From positions 4,413,628-4,477,627 of the forward strand of contig OZ037771.1 in NCBI GenBank assembly GCA_964035545.1: DNA of 64,000 nucleotides. Reading direction: 5' to 3'. Shown in pieces: positions 1 through 14,235 of this stretch (positions within the stretch are counted from its first letter, which is position 1; each line of letters starts with the position of its first letter). Origin of the DNA: Bugula neritina. Lineage: Eukaryota > Animalia > Bryozoa. Under the pieces are notes generated by a model. The model saw only the letters and a program-made list of their open reading frames with translations, was not told where the DNA came from and did not search any database. Position numbers and translations under genes: made by a program.

Positions 1-995
1 TAATTATTACCATGAGCTATCAAATTAATCAATGGGTTAGATTCGTTAAAATATATCAAACTTATAGCTTTATCTAGCTCATCTTGCTTCACCTTATAGT
101 AGTGCTTACCAAGTGACATGTAAGGTTATTAGGTTCAAACTGCTTTGCTTTACGAGGAGCAGTGGCAGCCAAGCTCATTATCCAATAGTAAAGATCTACT
201 AATGTCTCCCGGATAGCTATTCAAGTTCATGAGAAATTACTTGCGTGACTTTAAAGATAGAAGCAAATGAAATTTTCTGTGATTAAGTATTTGGCAGCAT
301 TAAAATTGGTAAATGCATGCATCTGCCAACTAATTTCTAATAATCTGTCATCCTTCAAATACAACTCGGGTATGCCGGCTGCATGTACTCACAACCTAAT
401 GCAAATTGATTATTTTTGTTTTGCAGAAGTTTTATTAAAACTTGCTTATTAGCACAGTAGCCTATATACAATGCAGACAAAAATATTATATTATTATATT
501 GTAATTGCTAACTGAATCCTTAATTACTATTTGTAAATTTTATATGCACTTTGCACTTTGAATGAGTTAAAAATCAGACCAGAAATCTTGCCAAAATTAA
601 GTAGGCTCTTTATTCTTTCAAGAATTACTTTTAAATATTGTTCACTTTTTATTTATTAATAAATCTAGCAGGCTGAAATTTTTGGGAAAGCTGAATTATT
701 TTTTACCTCATTTTACCTCTATTTTTGTATCATGTTGGTAGTTCATTCCAAAGAATAATACTATATCCCCAGATTTTATAAATTCGCATAACATTTTAGT
801 GCATGCCTTCCACACATCTACACGGTTGCATACATACTTTTTATCATAACTACTGGCTGTGAAAATGATACTATTGATGTATATTTTGACTACTAGCAAA
901 GTTTGTTTGCATTTAATGCTATCAATCATGCAAACTTCAAACTAAGTACAATAAGGAAGCAGGCTAAACTAGTGATGCTTTACATCTCTGTATAT

Positions 996-1021
996 AGACA
1001 GACAGACAGACATACATACAT

Positions 1022-1096
<75 letters not shown>

Positions 1097-1116
1097 AAGA
1101 GACAGACATACAGACA

Positions 1117-1181
<65 letters not shown>

Positions 1182-1189
1182 ACAGACAT

Positions 1190-1279
<90 letters not shown>

Positions 1280-1328
1280 TAAAAAATATACAGACAGACA
1301 GAAAAAACAGACAGACAGATAGACAGAT
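996..1328. repeat. Compound (CAGA)n/(CAGG)n microsatellite
   Basis: Directly visible tetranucleotide runs; they explain the spurious ORFs 903..1322 and 980..1189. Confidence 0.97.
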
Positions 1329-1704
1329 GGAAAGGTTTTAGTCTAAAATCTATACTGCTCAGCATATGAACTGTCCTAAAATCTTTTGGAGTGATTATAA
1401 TTAATTTTATTAAATTTATCATTTTTAATTTCATTCTATTCTACTTGCTATAGTGCTAGACCACACAACGTAGCTTCAAAATATTTTTTTTAAACTTAAA
1501 TAATTCCACTTTTGTGATAGCATTAGAAAATGTTGCTGTATAGCAAATTATTTCTCCAGAAAAAACATTTTGTGAATCTAAAAATAGAAGAAAAAAACAA
1601 ATTCTTGGCTTTGACTATAAAGAAAACAATGATATTTGGTCGATAATTTTTAAAAGTTACAGAAGGAAGTTGGAGCTGTTAAATATGCAGGTGTGCTCCA
1701 GCAT

Positions 1705-1810
1705 AGTATTTAAGTTTCAGGTCTACTTTGACAAGTCAAAGTAGACCTGAAACTTAAATACTTGTGCGACTTTTAAAAATATAAGTTTATATTTTTAAAA
1801 GTCGCACAAG
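1705..1810. repeat. Two back-to-back perfect inverted repeats
   Basis: 1705-1732 is the reverse complement of 1735-1762 (28-bp arms, 2-nt loop); 1761-1784 is the reverse complement of 1787-1810 (24-bp arms, 2-nt loop). Confidence 0.95.
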
Positions 1811-2472
1811 AATTCTGAAAACTTTGAATAAAGAAGACCAGAAGGCATTAAAATTTTTGAAATGGTTGATACTCTAATCCAGGGATGTATTTACATACAT
1901 GTATAGCATGCTCACAACAATTGTGTGCTACAGAGTGTAAAGACAAAAGGCTAAAGTCGATGTAAATCTTGGCAACTGACATTTAAATTACGTATTCAAT
2001 GTAACGAGTGAGGAAAAGTCACTGATCTATTAATCACTCCAGTGTTGAATTAGCCAATCAGAGATAATGATAAGCTCTCTTCGCTGTTCAGTCAAGCAAG
2101 CATAATTATTCTAATGTAAATGCAGCGTAAATAATCATAATTATTGCGAAACATAACACATGCTCAGTTTGCTGTGATCACGGTATACTGACTACAGACT
2201 CATTATGAATACACATATTACTTGTTCCAGGACTAGGGTGGCTGTTATACACACAGAAAGAGAATTGGTATGTACGCACTTGTTATGTTAGCTAGTAAAG
2301 TGTAAACACAGAATAATTCATTAACATTGTACTATAAGCTAGTTGCTATTGTTATATTTTTTTGTAGTTGTGTTATTTTTTGCTACTTTTATTATTATTA
2401 TAACTTGTAGCTAAACTGTGCATTGGAAGTCTTTATTTGCATTGTTTCAATGTTTTCTATGAAATTGTGCAT

Positions 2473-2560
2473 GTATGTGTGCGTGTGTGTGTGCGTGTGT
2501 GTGTGCGTGTGTGTGTGTGCGTGTGTGTGTGCGTGTGTGTGTGCGTGTGCGTGTGTGTGT
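2473..2560. repeat. (GT)n/(GC) microsatellite
   Basis: Directly visible. Confidence 0.95.
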
Positions 2561-3079
2561 CACTTCACAGGCAACCTGCAATCAGACTTAGGTGGCTGTT
2601 GCACACATAAAAACAGCATAACAACAGTCAATCTTTACTTGGTGATGGTTTTGAAGTGGTGGTCAAATTACCAAACCTAGTGAGTCATTACAAACATAGT
2701 TTTCCATCAGTTGCTTCAAACTGCTATTCCTTACTGTTACAGCAAATGTACTGTATATTTCCTATTCAACCACTTTGCCCGTTCTGTGCTAAGAAAGAGC
2801 AAACGCTGAAACAGCTGTTGTCCACAGACTGACACGCACAGCTTACAATCATACTATTAAAGAAACAGCCAAAGTTGAGCAGCTGTAGGTTTTCAAAGCA
2901 TCTACTTACTACATAAAACAGTTTTGCCTTAGAAATCAGAGCTAAAATAACCACTTGGTAAAAACACAACTACCTTGTTCAAACTGAAAGGATATTAACT
3001 GTTACACAAGTTGAGTGTCAATTCAGACTGCAGTTTGTTTACAACTCTGTTTTTTCTGATTTCAGAAAGTGACAACATT

Positions 3080-6000
3080 ATGGAGATGAATTCACCCTTG
3101 ACCTTTCTTGATATATTCACACATATTTCCGAGATTCGAGTATCTCTACTGACTTTGCTTCTAACACCAGCTATTCTCTTCAGCTGTTACACAGCATTGA
3201 AGGTAAGAAGCAGGTTTTTGTGTTGCATCTCATCGAAGCCTGCTATAAAACTGATTATTAGTGTCAAGTGTTTAATTTATGATTGTTGTGAGAGTTTAGC
3301 CAGTTGAGTCTCACAAGTTTTACAAACTGATATAAAAATACTTTCAAATTGAGCTGTGTAACAAGCTAATGTGTCTGCAATAAACTTGCAGTATGTTCTC
3401 CCTCCCTGTGCGTCAAACAGTTCAACATTAAAATTTTTTGTCTATACAACAAAAATAACTTGCTTTCTTAACCAAAAAGTAATGGCTGCTGCTAATGTGC
3501 ATGGCAATAACCTCTACGCAATTAAGATTTTATTTTCAAAGCTGATGACTAGTTGCAGTGCAGTATTAAAACATCTAATGATATATTGGTTATCATCTAA
3601 ACTCTAGAGCATCTTCTAGAAGCAGAATTAAGTTGGAGGTGACTGAGTACAGTATCTGTGTCCTCCAAACCTTGGCTCCATACTGGAGATTTCCAACACT
3701 GAGCTTGTCACTCCCAACTCTGTGCTGCTCTAAGTGATTTTTCCAATTTAGAAGTTAACGAGCTAAGCATAATGAATATTTTGCACACAAGTGTCTTGAA
3801 TCAGTTTGTGTGTCTGCCCCCTTGATGACTTGTCTCCAGTTCAGAGTAAGCAGCATAGAGTACTTATTTTTGCTGACTGGTTACTTGTTTTTCTTAGCTG
3901 CTGCTGCAGTACAGAGAAAATCACTAAGCCGGTTTAAAACACATGTTATAATTGTTGCCAAGTAAGCCAATGAGGTAGGGATCTAGGTTATTTATTACAT
4001 GTATTTGAGCCAAAGTTTGGGAACAAGTGAGCCAACAAGTAGAACTGTGATAAATATTGTGAGTCAAAGTTATTCTCATCACTGGAAGAATAAAATAGCT
4101 CAATTTTAACCCGTTGAAGCATAACTTATAGCAATATACTATCATTAAAATAACTCTAACTAAGTCAACTCTTGAATTAAGATAATTGGACACGCAAACT
4201 CTAATTATGCAGCTGCTCCAGTTTTAATCATGTACCATCAATGGAATATTATTATAAGATGGCCTATAAGTTGGTGTTTGAGAGCTTGATAAACTCAAAC
4301 TGACAGATTCAAACTTATATGAGCTCAAAACTTCTACCTGAACAATCATTACACAATGCTAAGTTATTACATATTTATTAGCTGCTTAATTTGACAAAAC
4401 CTTAATAAGGAATTGCTTAGCTGTAGCTATACTTATTATGAATATATGCTGGGGTAGCTACTTGCCACACGGCATTCAGTACCGGTGGGAATTCTACTAA
4501 ACAATAGCTTACCATCCCATGCACTGAATTGGTACATTCTTGTTCAGTGGTCCCATGTCACAAATTATTTTATTTTGAAATCTCACTTCATGTATTTTTA
4601 ATAATTCGCAATTGTTTAAAAAAACTTGAAGCTGAAACTCAAAAAGTAGAATTTCTAAATTTAGTGCTCAACTAACTAGATGATTACTGCAACTTTTGCA
4701 TATTGGATCAGAATTTTGACAGAAAGAAGTCTAATCAAAACAGCTCTAATGTTGAATAATATTGAATAATCCACTTCATGTTGCGGGACCTTTATTGATT
4801 AGAGATTCTGGATTATTCTATACGCGGCTCCGAGTTGAGGGTGAAGGACGATTTTAGTTTGGGATCTCAAGTTTGGAGTTAGGTGCCAACTGCAACTTTG
4901 AGAGGCCCCAAACTAAAAGTGCCGTTCACTCCCAGCCCTTATAGAGCAATTCAAAGATTTCATCATACTACACCATTAATATATATTCTCAAAGCAAATT
5001 TTATCTTGCTCATGCAGCATCATTATAGGTCATACGTCATAGGTCATACAGCTATTTTGATATGAGTTCAAGCTATCAACGTCTCTACTTAATTAGCTGA
5101 TCTCTGACAATCTAACTGCATGCTCTGAATAACTTCATACATTGGGAAATCTTTTGCAATACTGAGCAATTTTGTTGATAACATTGACTGATACAAGAAA
5201 TAAAAGATAAACAATGTTTATCAGAAGTGTTCACGGGGATTTTATTCCAATGTTGGTATAAGCGTGCTTAATAGTTGAAACTACCAAATTAAATTTAAAT
5301 AAAAACCGAGTGAGAAAAGTTATTCTCATGCAAGAATTTTAACTCTTATCCCAAACCAAAATTTATATAGATTAATAACAAGAAAATTTTAAGTTTCAAA
5401 CCTTTTCCTTGCTGTGCTTGCATAAAATGTATTCATTTGATTTTTTCACCTTTGCCATGTTTAATTAGCGAGTCTTATACATTTTTTTGCATTTGAAGTG
5501 AAAAATGAAATCCAAAGAGTAGAAGATAGCATTTTTCTTGTCTTAAAAAAGTTGATAGACTCCATTAATCTAAAAATACAGCATAGCAGGGATATCTAGA
5601 AGGAACCGGTACTTCACTGGCTAGGGCTGATAAGCTGATTGGAAGGGAGGTTATCAGCCATCAGCTGATGAGCCCATGATCATGTGATGTACTCAATATT
5701 TTTGATCATGTGACATAGCTTTTGGTTGCACTTTTGTTTTCACATTTTTCCTTGTAATTCTTAGAATTTAGATATAATATTGCTTTGTACAGTATGTCTG
5801 TCTTCAAAACAAAATGTGGTGTCTTTCAATCTAATTAGTTTATTCTGAAAACAAACTCAAGTGCCATCTTGAGAGTAAACTCCAGACAACTTGACTTGGA
5901 AAACTTCATGCATTCTGTTGGTGCAAGATATTAACATACTATGCGGTAGATTAACTATTTAATCATACTTGGTTTCAATTTATGAACTGTGATAAAACCT

Positions 6001-9000
6001 AAATCCTCTTTGTTATATGCACATCCACTGCATCAACTATGGTCAGAGGCTATACTAACATATTACACACAAGTTGAGCCACAGCACAATAATAGTCAAA
6101 GCCTGGATATTTGTACTCCTTTTGTAAATTTTCCTGTGTGCTGTTACAAGTCTTACAATTTAGCATAACATCTTCAGCCAGGCCCCCCTCCTATTGTTTC
6201 ACTTTTATTTTACACAATAGAATAATAACAAGAGCCTATATAATATGCTCTTACTAAAGAGCTGGGATAGAAATATGTTAATTGTTTAATTGCAAGTTAT
6301 AGTACATGCTACTGCTCCATACTTTGCATTATTTTATTGAAACTTTATTCGATGCATGAAGACAGTGTAATGGGGTTTACAGACTACAGTCGAAACTGAC
6401 CTGTGAATGCGTTTTTGAAGCTGCTCTCGCATACCTTCAACGTCACTTCCTACTTTTTGCTGGTCACACTACAAACGCTGAACGCTAACTGTCTCTAGCC
6501 CCGCAGTAAACTTTTAACCAATAGAAATGCCGTAGCTTAGTTTCTGCTGTATCCACAGCAACCAAAAATCAAATTTAGCGCAATTTATTGAGAATTACTA
6601 GCATAGTTCAATGAGATTACTAGTTATTTTATTCTAATTCTTATTCAAAATTACTAGCTTCATTTAATGAGATTTTCTAGCTTTATTCAATCGTATTCAC
6701 TAGCATAAAGAACTAAATATGCTGATAAAATTCAGCCACATTTATCTGCTAAATATTTATTTTCATAGTCAATTTTTATTAGGATTTGCATACATAACTT
6801 CATAATAATAATGTTATAAAGTAAAATAGTATAACTTTCGAAGAACCAAATCAAATAATAATGCTCGCTAGTAGCAGGTGGAATAAGTAAAAGCACTTAG
6901 CCAATCATGGCTTACCTGCCAGTCAATGATTGTCTGATTGCTGAACGCTGAAGTTGAGCGTTCAACATGTCGAACGCTGAACGCATCGCATCGCCGAAAA
7001 ATTGACAGTTGCGTTCTGAAATCAGACAGTTGTGACGTCACAGAGTTTAACGCTTAGCTTCCAAAACTCGTTCACAGTCGATTTTCGACTGTAGTCTGTC
7101 AACCCCATAAACTAAATGAAACCGAATCCATTCGGAGGGAAATGTCCACTCGCATGATGCAAAGTGTGGAAACAGGCCTAACTAAATATAATGAAATCTT
7201 TTGTTACAGAGGCAGAGATCTGGCGGCTAATTGCGTAATTTCAAGATGTTAGCAATAATTTTAAACTTGAGCTATAAGTCATAACCTATGATAAAGTGCA
7301 ATTCAATCCAAAACAATTAAACATTTCTTTTTTCATCGGCCATTATGTAAAATAATTACTAATCATCTTAGATGATAAAAGTTTGCGTAAGCCGGAGCAT
7401 TCCAAGGCTTGATTTGAATCATGAAAGCTGTTTTAATTCTGAAAATTGCTATTATAAGCCTTTGCTTACAAGCTTTCATTAGTTTATGCTTTTCTTAAAC
7501 TTTAAAACACAGAACTCAAAGTTAGCTGATTCAATACAAGCCGAGTTTGTTTACATCACCAAACAGCAACAGGATTTGCAAAAAATTTGGGTCAATGCCA
7601 ATGTAATTGTACTAAATTTAGATTCTAAAACTATTGAAAATCCCATGATGTAGTAAATGGTTCAGAACAGAAAGTAAATTTTAAAGACTAAAAAATAATA
7701 ACATTAAGACAATGGAGGAGAGGGCTGGGCTCTATATACCCATGCAGGAATTTTCGTTTTGACTTGCAAAGTTGTTTAGTGTTCAGTAACTGTGAACTGT
7801 TGTTATTGGTTACATGAACAAACAGGCTAAAGCATTGCATATGTAACATGAAAATTAGTCTAAGGTTGATTTCAATAATCCACATAAATCTGTAGTCTTG
7901 TCTCAGTTCCAGATTCAACGATGTCTTGTAGATGGGTTACTCAATATTTAAAATATTAACCTCAGTCTATGAGGTCAAGGTGAAACCTCTTTCATATCTC
8001 GAGAAACACCAATCAAGAAAAATGTACGGCAGGGTTAATAAAAAAAATGGCGTCAGTCCGGAACCCACTCCACCAATGGTGCCCAATGGCTGGTACTATA
8101 TCATGTGTTCAGATGAGCTTCGCAAAGAGGAAGTAAAACACGTCAGTATGTGTGGTAAGTACAGCACACGATGTCTTCAATGTATACTATAGTATGTTTG
8201 GTTCGTTGTACACCAAGTTCTTCAATACATATTTATTTATACAAGATCTCAGCTATTATGAATTGTGTCATTATGAAATTCCACCAGCTTTTAGGCCAGA
8301 GGTCTACAGTTTGAATCTCATTGGCAAGGGGGGGGGGGAATATTTTAAAAGTTGAAACATACATAGAAGAAACAGCAAACAAACAGCTACAACAGTTATA
8401 ATAATATTCGCAGGGCTAGAACTGGCTGTGTTTCGAGATAGTGGCGGTGAAGTGCACGCTCTAGATGCGTTCTGTCCGCACCTGGGAGCAAACATGGCCG
8501 TAGGTGGAACAGTCAAAGGTGACTGTTTAGAATGTCCATTCCACGCCTGGAAGTTTGATGGTGACGGAAAATGTGTGGATATTCCCGGAGCTAAGAAAGG
8601 TTGGTTACACTCGGCTGATGGGTGACAGTTGAAATAAGAAAATGTTAATTTAATACTTGATATAACACAAGTGCTTATGGGTTGGAGATTTTATTTAGAG
8701 AGGTGGGGTATAAGAGTTGGTAAATTCTCTATTCACATAGCAATAACCTGTGATGTAGGGCTAAGGTTAAAGAATTCAATTTAAAACTGGTAATGTAGTG
8801 TAGTTGATGTTTTTCATTCGATAGAAATTTTTGGTGCAATAAGGAAAAAATGCTTTTGCAAAGCACTAAATCGATAAATTATGTAATTAGTAAAACAAAT
8901 AACACATGACTATGCTTATGAAAAGGAAGTTTGAATTAATCTGGAATTTATCTCAACTCAATCAGAAAGTTGGCACAGGAGCAGATTTTGTTTTGTATGA

Positions 9001-11834
9001 AGCAATAGAAAACAACAACTCATTACATCACATTACATCACATTACATCACAGTACATCACAGTACACACGACTTCAGTACTCTTCATTGCTTAGCACTG
9101 GTTTTCCTGAATAAGCCTACTTGGAAAGTAAAGTCAGGGGCATTTTGTTTTAGGTGATACTTAGTGATAAGGCCCTATATGAGTGTAGTTAAAACAATGG
9201 CTGCTCTATTAAAGTTTGCTTTTCAAATGCCAACTAAAAGATATGCGAATATCCTGCTTGCAACAGTTACTAATTCAAGTTTGTATCACTTGACCAGAAA
9301 GTAAGACCTACAGTTAGCTAGCTACAATTATCAGAGACTGTTTATTTATGCTAATTAGCTTCAACAGTGCTATAAATTACTCATATTGATACTGCATGTA
9401 GTTACAGACGTAGCTCGAACCAAGAGCTGGCCGGTGCTTGAGAGAAACTTGATCTTGATGTTGTGGTTTGACGCCGAGGACAGAGAACCCATGTATCTAC
9501 CAAGAGAGATAGAAGAGATCAAAGAGCAGGGTTGGGTAGTGCACGGCAGATCCGAACACACTGTCTACTGTCATATCTCGGTAAATCTCATCTATCATTA
9601 TGCAAAAACAGTTGCTTGTGCTTGTTTTTATCTATGAAATTAAACTTTAATAAAACATATAAATCCAAATATGCATTTTTCTGTAATGATATATTGGTAT
9701 AGCTAAGACGACATGGTACTATATATTAAAATATTTATCAAGACAATCACCAAATCTTGACCTAAACTCTATCACCACCTTCAGGGCGAGACAATCACTA
9801 AACTTCATGTTTTTAGAACTTATAATTCAGGCATAAAATGCAAAATTAATGCCTAAATTGTGCAAAACTTAACCATAATGTTCTGTATTTTAGGGTTAAA
9901 AGTTAATGCAAACCGCTTTAAACTTTAGTAATTTTATAAAACAATATTATTAATTGACTTGTTAATTAAAACATTTCATTTGTTTGTGCTTTATATTAAA
10001 TGTTTGGGTTACTAATAATGTATAAATTGTGCTTTATTCATACTTATTGGGGCTTTTGATCATGGTTTGCTTAATTTTTGCCGCAGATAAAAAGTTGTTA
10101 GTATATATTTTAACTTTATTCTAAAACGTTGTAGGAGATTCCTGAAAATGGAGCTGATATTGGGCACTTTAACCCAGTGCACCAAGCAAACGCATTATAT
10201 GGTGAGAACTGTACTCTTTGTTCTAAACCAAGGGTGTTCAACTTTTCTAGAGCGAGGGCTACTGAAATGAAATAGTTCAATGACAATGACAAACTTAGCT
10301 TGAGCTGGGGGCCATCGCATTAGCATTTTTTAAACTAATTTATTCTAAATTCCAGTTGTGATTTTCTTTATGATGCATTGTTGTTTTATATGAAGGGAAA
10401 TCCTAATTATTTTGTGCAAATTAGGATGGTGTTTATGGCTTCTGAAGCTGCTGTAATGTAATGTTGCAGGATCTGATTTGCAACAGATAAACAGATCAAA
10501 ACAGATGCTGTCAAACCATACCTGGTCCAATGCGTCATGGAAAGCGGATGAAGAAGACTGGTACTTAGCAACTGGTACTCTGGAACACGAGATTAAAATA
10601 GCTGGTTACCGAGTACCCTTTCTCCAGACAAGTCATTCCTTTGAGCAGGTACATCTTATTAGTTGGTGATAAGTTAAAACAGTTGCTGTAAATTGACAAT
10701 ATCAAAAAGTCAATATTGTTAGAATGACTGTAACAAAGAGATGGTACGATTAGAGCAAATTTTTGCTGCACACATTAAGGATATTGGAAGATGTTAAATT
10801 GGTTCATGACCTGTTTTTAGCACTAATGATTGCATCAGTTGAAAAGCTACGCAAAAACAGATAAATCACTCACTAAAATTGGATAAAAATGAAAATAAAG
10901 AAAAGAGAATTTTTTTAATAGTGTTTGAGTAAATAAATAAAAATATTTTATTAAATGGATGATGATGCATGCTTTTTGTTTATTCTACTACAGCAGGGTT
11001 TACAGTGTGTGTTTTGTTTATTCTATTGTGTGTTCAACTTAATGTTCTTACAGTTTACTCTGTGCTTCTAGCCTCTACTGAACATTACATCAAATGGCAT
11101 CAAAGTCCACTTATACGTATAAATTAGATCCATTGTAGAAATACTTGCGTCTTCAAAAATAACATGAAAGCAGTTCACCTTATGGGCTTTAACTTGATGC
11201 AGTTACAATATTATAAAATGATTGGCTAAAAATTCCAAGATTTGCTTTTAAAATTAGGTTTCGATTGTGTTTTAGATTGGACCGGGTGTTGTCTATTTGA
11301 AATCATTTGAGTCGGCCAATGCCCCTGTTTTTCTTTATGTATTAGTGGTGCCAGTTGCTCCGTTCACTACAAAGTTGTTCCACGTGGTTGTGAGCAGGAA
11401 AACACTGGTAGGCAAGCTTCAAGCGCTGACTGTAATATCAATAGAAAATATTATGGTAAGTTATATATTTTATCTCCCAGTAAGCATACTATAAAATTTT
11501 TGCCCCAATTGGGATTTGAACTCGAGACTTCTAGCTTGCAAGTAGGAGCACTAACCATTACACCACAGGAGCCACTGAGTAAACGCAACGCTATACATGC
11601 ACCTCGATAACGTTGTACACGATGTTATAAAACAGCAACATATGGTTATTATACATGTTTTAGGTGGAAAGAGACATAGTTATTTGGAATAATAAGAAAT
11701 TCACGAATCGCTCTGTCTTCTCAAGCTCTCACAGCGATGAACTGATTAAAAAGTTCAGGAGGTGGTACTCTCAGTTTTACTCAGAAAATTCTGGAGCAAA
11801 ATCTCGTGAACTTAATGTGGATCTCAGCTGGTGA
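3080..11834 (+). CDS. nvd: Cholesterol 7-desaturase, Rieske oxygenase of the neverland/DAF-36 family, about 435 aa, 8 coding exons
   Basis: Exons 3080-3202, 7932-8154, 8414-8599, 9402-9580, 10135-10201, 10470-10648, 11276-11455, 11664-11834; all GT-AG, phases consistent, 1308 nt. N-terminal hydrophobic anchor, PNGWY, Rieske motif CPHLG...CPFHAW, non-heme iron motif [32 protein letters not shown] and C-terminal [13 protein letters not shown]...LSW*, all characteristic of the family. Confidence 0.95.
6371..7107. mobile_element. PIF/Harbinger-like MITE in neverland intron 1
   Basis: TIRs TGGGGTTTACAGACTACAGTCGAAA / TTTCGACTGTAGTCTGTCAACCCCA with TAA on both sides (6368-6370, 7108-7110); no coding capacity. 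Confidence 0.85.
7330..7870. repeat. Fragment of an old interspersed repeat family
   Basis: Colinear with 44648-44830 and 45800-46090 (e.g. CCATTATGTAAA(A)TAATTACTAATCATCTTA; TGTTGTTATTGGTTACATGAACAAA) and inverse to parts of 12720-14090 and 23530-25950. Confidence 0.75.
11500..11573 (-). mobile_element. tRNA-derived SINE head or tRNA pseudogene in neverland intron 7
   Basis: Minus strand reads GGCTCCTGTGGTGTAATGGTTAG...GAGTTCAAATCCC: Pol III A and B boxes, but T-arm and anticodon stems are mismatched. Confidence 0.7.
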
Positions 11835-12719
11835 ATGGGACAAGCAGCTTAGCGAAAGACAAACGGTCATAAAGCTAATACAAACAAATCAAAATCACAT
11901 TTTAAATCAACAGTATAGCAGAATGCCATGAATAGTGTTGCTATATTGACACCGTTTTTATATAAGATAAGTTATACTGCTAATTTGCCTTTTATATATT
12001 ATTTATGGGTGTCTGTAATTTATGTATCTAATGACTAACTTGTTTAAACCAATAAGGCAATTGGAGAATTGCTTTTAAAAATTATATGCACTCACAGAAT
12101 ATTTGCTCAGAATTGCTTGAAGGTTGGTAATCTATTAACTTACGCAACTACTTCATTGGAAACTTGTGCATGAGTCATGACGTAGTTTAGTCCGCTTGTA
12201 CTATGATATTTTTGCTGAATTTCATTAAGCTTATTTATCGTTTGCAGAGCTGTGCTAGCAGAAACTGTTGTGTTAAGATGAGTATTAGAGCTATTAATGC
12301 TTCCGTTTTACCTGTATTGTAATTTGATATTTGAAGATATCTCTATTTATGTTATATACCTAATAAATTTACTATAAAAAGCTTTACCTTAGTGTTACAA
12401 TATGTAGTATAACATATATGCTTCCTAAAACTAATCCATTTATTATATTTGAAGCTAATACCTCTCCAATTTTTACAATCATTTCATAGAAATTACTAAA
12501 AACAACCTTACCTTCACGATCAATGCACACACGTGCACACACACATGCACACTTGCACACATGCACACTTGCACAACTAGTAATGGGATTTAATTGTTTG
12601 CAATTGTAGATGACGCAAAGGCAGCAGTTTTTTCAAAATTCCGGATTCATATTTATAACTTTTCTTGAGGTAAACAAAGAGCGTGCTCTTCTTTTTGAGT
12701 TGTACAACTTTACATTGTA

Positions 12720-14090
12720 GCATAAAGGGAATGTAATGAAATTTAAAAGACTTTTGGTGCTAACAGTTTTGAAAGTTCAATAGCTCTACTGAGAAGTTTG
12801 CAGCTTAAATTTAACACAACCCGTACTGATGACAGTTTTATTTTTCTCAGAAATGCATTTTTCTTTTAAGAAGTAAAATGTTGCGGTGCTTTCCTATTAT
12901 ATGCTTGTTGTCTACTCATTTGTTCCAGACAGAGTTTACTTAAAAAAACCAGCTGCACACGAAGTCTTTTCATAAAACTCTGTGCAGTGAAACGCAACTT
13001 TGTTAGGCAAAACAACTTGTAGCTTAAGCCTTTTAAAAAAGTTTTAATATTTAATTACATGCAAATACATTTTCATAAAATTTAATAAAACTTAAAAGGA
13101 TGAAAAGATTAGCAAGATTATGGGATGAGTATTTTGACATATTTTGATTCAATGGAAATAAATTTACAACAAAATATAAATTACAATATTCCTATATCGA
13201 CTATCATGCTATCTAAAAATGTAAATGCATAAGTAATCAAAGAAAGTCGATTTTGTTTGATACTGATTGGTTGATAAATCAGCCCCCCTAACCCCTCTTC
13301 TCTTCTACAAGGAATATAGTATTTGAAAAATAATGAAAAGCTCACTATCTTTTAGATCAATAATTGTCTATTGCAAATTGCATAATGATTAATTACTAAT
13401 AAATAAAGTAGGTCAACGTTAAATTTATTTTCATGTTGCATTGATTATATACAGTGCTTTAACCTGTTTGTTCATGTAGCCAATAACAACATTTCACATG
13501 TAACAACGCTACAAACTTTGCAAGCCAAATGAGAGCTTATATGCTATAAAGCGCAGCCCTCTCCTCCATTGTTTTAATTTTTTTTACGTCCTTTCTATGT
13601 TCTAAATTTTGCTTTCTATTCTAAAACCTAATATTTTGTGATAATGTTCAATAGTTTTATGATCTAAGTTTACTATAACAACATTGGCATTGTGGGGCTT
13701 TACATTCTTGTTAATATTTTCCTGGTCATACCGCTTTGTATTATTTTTTGTAAGTTTGGTGGTGAGTGAAATTATATGCCAGGGGTTAGAACACTCAGTT
13801 TTGTCATCTATAATTAAAATGTAGTGCTAAATATAGCTCTTAGAACCTCCTTTCTGTTATATTCTTTAAAAAACCCAAAAGCTTTGAGTCAGGTGACTGA
13901 TGCACTTAGTGAATGTGATTCATTTATATTCAACAACTTTGCATAAAAGTTACTAAAGCTTATACTAGTTCTGCTGGAATTTTATCAAGCATTGGCAGCG
14001 TTACTTCCATAGTTTCAAAAACTATTGACAATCTTAAAACACATTTCATATCTTCAATATGATAATTTAAACAGGCTGACTATATTTGGT
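12720..14090. repeat. Old interspersed repeat family copy
   Basis: Colinear with 24390-25950 (GCATAAAGGGAATGTAAT...; GATTATGGGATGAGT; GAAATTATATGCCAGGGG), lacking the embedded hAT-like MITE; inverse to 45430-47140. Confidence 0.75.
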
Positions 14091-14235
14091 AAAGCTATGC
14101 CAAGTTGCAGTGAGTTCTTATCTCTCTTCTTTTAGGTGTTGCTGTAAGCTTTTCACATCCCATGTTAATCTGTACAATGTTGTCATTCTTTAAAAGAAGA
14201 CCATTCCCAATTATTTAGCCTTTCAGCCAGTGTCA

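Noticed and set aside
2231-2267. Possible short non-coding 5' exon of neverland (CAG|...G|GTATGT)
   Set aside because: Only splice-like dinucleotides support it; not callable without transcripts.
11500-11573. Functional tRNA gene
   Set aside because: A and B boxes are present but the stems do not pair properly; better explained as a SINE head or pseudogene.
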